Shown: positions 58,401 to 64,000 of the stretch, piece after piece
How the letters are laid out: the number at the start of each line of letters is the position of its first letter
How positions within the stretch are numbered: position 1 is the first letter of the stretch
Assembly (NCBI GenBank): GCA_964057225.1
Contig: OZ059894.1
Location: 23,250,001 to 23,314,000, forward strand
From: Auanema rhodensis
Lineage: Eukaryota > Animalia > Nematoda
DNA length: 64,000 nt
Direction of reading: 5' to 3'
Program-made: the position numbers and the translations under genes
Notes under the pieces: model-generated
The model's input: the letters and a program-made list of their open reading frames with translations, nothing else
The model's database searches: none
Told to the model about the DNA's origin: nothing

Positions 58401-61400
58401 ACCATGACTTTGAAATTTACGTGAACTTTAATTTATGCTAATTAAATGTACACGTGATGTGCACTTGGTATGTAACTCGCTTCACGTGAAAGATAAAGAG
58501 ATGCGGTTTTCGAAATTAGATTCCCCATGTCCATATTAGACTAAAAACAAATTTTTATTGATATTGGTTCATGGTAACCATGACTTTGAAATTTAAGTGA
58601 ACTTTAATTTATGCTAATTAAATGTACACGTGATGTGCACTTGGTATGTAACTCGCTTCACGTGAAAGATAAAGAGATGCGGTTTTCATAATTAGATTCC
58701 CCATGTCCATATTAGTCTAAAAACAAATTTTTATTGATATTGGTTCATGGTAACCATGACTTTGAAACTTACGTGAACTTTAATTTATGCTAATTAAATG
58801 TACACGTGATGTGCACTTGGTATGTAACTCGCCTCACTAGAAAGATAAAGAGATGCGGTTTTCAAAATTAGATTCCCCATGTCCATATTAGTCTAAAAAC
58901 AAATTTTTATTGATATTGGTGCATGGTAACCATGACTTTGAAATTTACGTGAACTTTAATTTATGCTAATTAAATGTACACGTGATGTGCACTTGGTATG
59001 TAACTCGCTTCACGTGAAAGATAAAGAGATGCGGTTTTCAAAATTAGATTCCCCATGTCCATATTAGTCTAAAAACAAATTTTTATTGATATTGGTTCAT
59101 GGTAACCATGACTTTGAAATTTACATGAACTTTAATTTATGCTAATTAAATGTACACGTGATGTGCACTTGGTATGTAACTCGCTTCACGTGAAAGATAA
59201 AGAGATAAGGTTTCCAAAATTAGATTCCCCATGTCCATATTAGTCTAAAAACAAATTTTTATTGATATTGGTTCATGGTAACCATGTCTGTGAAATTTAC
59301 GTGAACTTTAATTTATTCTAATTAAATGTACACGTGATGTGCACTTGGTATGTAACTCGCTTCACGTGAAAGATAAAGAGATGCGGTTTTCAAAATTAGA
59401 TTCCCCATGTCCATATTAGTCTAAAAACAAATTTTTATTGATATTGGTTCATGGTAACCATGACTTTGAAACTTACGTGAACTTTAATTTATGCTAATTA
59501 AATGTACACGTGATGTGCACTTGGTATGTAACTCGCTTCACGTGAAAGATAAAGAGATGCGGTTTTCAAAATTAGATTCCCCATGTCCATTTTAGTCTAA
59601 AAACAAATTTTTATTGATATTGGTTCATGGTAACCATGACTTTGAAATTTACGTGAACTTTAATTTATGCTAATTAAATGTACACGTGATGTGCACTTGG
59701 TATGTAACTCGCTTCACGTGAAAGATAAAGAGATGCGGTTTTCGAAATTAGATTCCCCATGTCCATATTAGACTAAAAACAAATTTTTATTGATATTGGT
59801 TCATGGTAACCATGACTTTGAAATTTAAGTGAACTTTAATTTATGCTAATTAAATGTACACGTGATGTGCACTTGGTATGTAACTCGCTTCACGTGAAAG
59901 ATAAAGAGATGCGGTTTTCAAAATTAGATTCCCCATGTCCATATTAGTCTAAAAACAAATTTTTATTGATATTGGTGCATGGTAACCATGACTTTGAAAT
60001 TTACGTGAACTTTAATTTATGCTAATTAAATGTACACGTGATGTGCACTTGGAATGTAACTCGCTTCACGTGAAAGATAAAGAGATGCGGTTTTCAAAAT
60101 TAGATTCCCCATGTCCATATTAGTCTAAAAACAAATTTTTATTGATATTGGTTCATGGTAACCATGACTTTGAAACTTACGTGAACTTTAATTTATGCTA
60201 ATTAAATGTACACGTGATGTGCACTTGGTATGTAACTCGCTTCACGTGAAAGATAAAGAGATGCGGTTTTCAAAATTAGATTCCCCATGTCCATATTAGT
60301 CTAAAAACAAATTTTTATTGATATTGGTTCATGGTAACCATGACTTTGAAATTTACGTGAACTTTAATTTATGCTAATTAAATGTACACGTGATGTGCAC
60401 TTGGTATGTAACTCGCTTCACGTGAAAGATAAAGAGATGCGGTTTTCAAAATTAGATTCCCCATGTCCATATTAGTCTAAAAACAAATTTTTATTGATAT
60501 TGGTTCATGGTAACCATGACTTTGAAATTTACGTGAACTTTAATTTATGCTAATTAAATGTACACGTGATGTGCACTTGGTATGTAACTCGCTTCACGTG
60601 AAAGATAAAGAGATGCGGTTTTCGAAATTAGATTCCCCATGTCCATATTAGACTAAAAACAAATTTTTATTGATATTGGTTCATGGTAACCATGACTTTG
60701 AAATTTAAGTGAACTTTAATTTATGCTAATTAAATGTACACGTGATGTGCACTTGGTATGTAACTCGCTTCACGTGAAAGATAAAGAGATGCGGTTTTCA
60801 AAATTAGATTCCCCATGTCCATATTAGTCTAAAAACAAATTTTTATTGATATTGGTGCATGGTAACCATGACTTTGAAATTTACGTGAACTTTAATTTAT
60901 GCTAATTAAATGTACACGTGATGTGAACTTGGAATGTAACTCGCTTCACGTGAAAGATAAAGAGATGCGGTTTTCAAAATTAGATTCCCCATGTCCATAT
61001 TAGTCTAAAAACAAATTTTTATTGATATTGGTTCATGGTAACCATGACTTTGAAACTTACGTGAACTTTAATTTATGCTAATTAAATGTACACGTGATGT
61101 GCACTTGGTATGTAACTCGCTTCACGTGAAAGATAAAGAGATGCGGTTTTCAAAATTAGATTCCCCATGTCCATATTAGTCTAAAAACAAATTTTTATTG
61201 ATATTGGTTCATGGTAACCATGACTTTGAAATTTACGTGAACTTTAATTTATGCTAATTAAATGTACACGTGATGTGCACTTGGTATGTAACTCTCTTCA
61301 CGTGAAAGATAAAGAGATGCGGTTTTCGAAATTAGATTTCCCATGTCCATATTAGACTAAAAACAAATTTTTATTGATTGGTTCATGGTAACCATGACTT

Positions 61401-64000
61401 TGAAACTTACGTGAACTTTAATTTATGCTAATTAAATGTACACGTGATGTGCACTTGGTATGTAACTCGCCTCACTAGAAAGATAAAGAGATGCGGTTTT
61501 CAAAATTAGATTCCTCATGTCCATATTAGTCTAAAAACAAATTTTTATTGATATTGGTGCATGGTAACCATGACTTTGAAATTTACGTGAACTTTAATTT
61601 ATGCTAATTAAATTAACACGTGATGTGCACTTGGTATGTAACTCGCTTCACGTGAAAGATAAAGAGATGCGGTTTTCAAAATTAGATTTCCCATGTCCAT
61701 ATTAGTCTAAAAACAAATTTTTATTGATATTGGTTCATGGTAACCATGACTTTGAAATTTACGTGAACTTTAATTTATGCTAATTAAATGTACACGTGAT
61801 GTGCACTTGGTATGTAACTCTCTTCACGTGAAAGATAAAGAGATGCGGTTTTCGAAATTAGATTTCCCATGTCCATATTAGACTAAAAACAAATTTTTAT
61901 TGATTGGTTCATGGTAACCATGACTTTGAAACTTACGTGAACTTTAATTTATGCTAATTAAATGTACACGTGATGTGCACTTGGTATGTAACTCGCCTCA
62001 CTAGAAAGATAAAGAGATGCGGTTTTCAAAATTAGATTCCTCATGTCCATATTAGTCTAAAAACAAATTTTTATTGATATTGGTGCATGGTAACCATGAC
62101 TTTGAAATTTACGTGAACTTTAATTTATGCTAATTAAATTAACACGTGATGTGCACTTGGTATGTAACTCGCTTCACGTGAAAGATAAAGAGATGCGGTT
62201 TTCAAAATTAGATTTCCCATGTCCATATTAGTCTAAAAACAAATTTTTATTGATATTGGTTCATGGTAACCATGACTTTGAAATTTACGTGAACTTTAAT
62301 TTATGCTAATTAAATGTACACGTGATGTGCACTTGGTATGTAACTCGCTTCACGTGAAAGATAAAGAGATGCGGTTTTCAAAATTAGATTCCCCATGTCC
62401 ATATTAGTCTAAAAACAAATTTTTATTGATATTGGTTCATGGTAACCATGTCTGTGAAATTTACGTGAACTTTAATTTATGCTAATTAAATGTACACGTG
62501 ATGTGCACTTGGTGTGTAACTCGCTTCACGTGAAAGATAAAGAGATGCGGTTTTCAAAATTAGATTCCCCATGTCCATATTAGTCTAAAAACAAATTTTT
62601 ATTGATATTGGTGCATGGTAACCATGACTTTGAAATTTACGTGAACTTTAATTTATGCTAATTAAATGTACACGTGATGTGCACTTGGTATGTAACTCGC
62701 TTTACGTGAAAGATAAAGAGATGCGGTTTTCAAAATTAGATTTCCCATGTCCATATTAGTCTAAAAACAAATTTTTATTGATATTGGTTCATGGTAACCA
62801 TGACTTTGAAATTTACGTGAACTTTAATTTATGCTAATTAAATGTACACGTGATGTGCACTTGGTATGTAACTCGCTTCACGTGAAAGATAAAGAGATGC
62901 GGTTTTCAAAATTAGATTCCCCATGTCCATATTAGTCTAAAAACAAATTTTTATTGATATTGGTTCATGGTAACCATGACTTTGAAACTTACGTGAACTT
63001 TAATTTATGCTAATTAAATGTACACGTGATGTGCACTTGGTATGTAACTCGCTTCACGTGAAAGATAAAGAGATGCGGTTTCCAAAATTAGATTCCCCAT
63101 GTCCATATTAGTCTAAAAACAAATTTTTATTGATATTGGTTCATGGTAACCATGACTTTGAAATTTACGTGAACTTTAATTTATGCTAATTAAATGTACA
63201 CGTGATGTGCACTTGGTATGTAACTCGCTTCACGTGAAAGATAAAGAGATGCGGTTTTCGAAATTAGATTCCCCATGTCCATATTAGACTAAAAACAAAT
63301 TTTTATTGATATTGGTTCATGGTAACCATGACTTTGAAACTTACGTGAACTTTAATTTATGCTAATTAAATGTAAACGTGATGTGCACTTGGTATGTAAC
63401 TCGCTTCACGTGAAAGATAAAAAGATGCGGTTTTCAAAATTAGATTCCCCATGTCCATATTAGTCTAAAAACAAATTTTTATTGATATTGGTTCATGGTA
63501 ACCATGTCTTTGAAATTTACGTGAACTTTAATTTATGCTAATTAAATGTACACGTGATGTGCACTTGGTATGTAACTCGCTTCACGTAAAAGATAAAGAG
63601 ATGCGGTTTTCAAAATTAGATTCCCCATGTCCATATTAGTCTAAAAACAAATTTTTATTGATATTGGTTCATGGTAACCATGACTTTGAAACTTACGTGA
63701 ACTTTAATTTATGCTAATTAAATGTACACGTGATGTGCACTTGGTATGTAACTCGCTTCACGTGAAAGATAAAGAGATGCGGTTTTCAAAATTAGATTCC
63801 CCATGTCCATATTAGTCTAAAAACAAATTTTTATTGATATTGGTGCATGGTAACCATGACTTTGAAATTTACGTGAACTTTAATTTATGCTAATTAAATG
63901 TACACTTGATGTGCACTTGGTATGTAACTCGCTTCACGTGAAAGATAAAGAGATGCGGTTTTCAAAATTAGATTCCCCATGTCCATATTAGTCTAAAAAC
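43479..64000. repeat. Satellite sub-domain A2, paralogous to A1
   Basis: Rare A1 markers recur in the same order: TTTACCTGAAC (~510 / ~43812), GTGATCTTTA (2271 / 46981), AAATTGTT (~29857 / ~56617), GGAATGTAAC (30651 / 60051), GGTGTGTAAC (31705 / 62511). Confidence 0.85.
61255..62306. repeat. Tandem duplication of a 3-monomer block (period 526 bp, includes a 2-bp deletion)
   Basis: ACTCTCTTCA at 61291 and 61817, each followed by the TGATTGG deletion, a CCTCACTAG/TTCCTCATG monomer and a TTAACACG monomer. Confidence 0.8.

Larger units (their letters stand above)
1..64000. repeat. 176-bp tandem satellite array, about 363.6 copies, putatively (peri)centromeric; runs off both window ends
   Basis: TAATTAAATG recurs at 1, 177, 353 ... 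2641 (15x176), 7921 (45x176). Consensus: TAATTAAATGTACACGTGATGTGCACTTGGTATGTAACTCGCTTCACGTGAAAGATAAAGAGATGCGGTTTTCAAAATTAGATTCCCCATGTCCATATTAGTCTAAAAACAAATTTTTATTGATATTGGTTCATGGTAACCATGACTTTGAAATTTACGTGAACTTTAATTTATGC (56/176 G+C). Most monomers differ from it at only about 0-5 positions. Register shifts only at about 8035 (-2), 31098 (-2), 32381-32568 (+12), 32675 (-1), 39726 (-1), 61378 (-2) and 61904 (-2), which matches the last monomer starting at 63891. The centromeric role is inference only. Confidence 0.99.

Noticed and set aside
1-64000. Protein-coding repeat ORF
   Set aside because: Each monomer has multiple stop codons on both strands (TAA/TGA/TAG and TTA/TCA/CTA). The 176-bp period cycles through the frames, so no long ORF can persist.
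1-64000. CRISPR or other repeat-spacer array
   Set aside because: Sequence between the palindromes is near-identical in every unit. There are no unique spacers (one aberrant unit aside), no leader and no cas genes.

Overview
The whole 64-kb window is one head-to-tail tandem array of a 176-bp AT-rich satellite (about 32% GC): 363 complete monomers plus a 110-bp partial one, all in one orientation. I see no supportable genes, RNA genes, transposons or CRISPR arrays. Monomer length, homogeneity and array size resemble eukaryotic (peri)centromeric satellite DNA, but I cannot name the family or organism. Diagnostic SNPs split the array into three domains. A1 (1-32380) and A2 (43479-64000) share the same ordered marker monomers. 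B (32381-43478) carries a different variant set. The A1/B boundary is marked by the only strongly aberrant unit, a 188-bp monomer in which about 51 bp of consensus is replaced by 64 bp of different sequence. Nested higher-order repeats (3-, 6-, 7-, 11-, 23- and 31-mers) record successive duplications. The monomer is rich in palindromes and E-boxes and shows traces of a 32-33-bp sub-repeat. All comparisons were made by eye.
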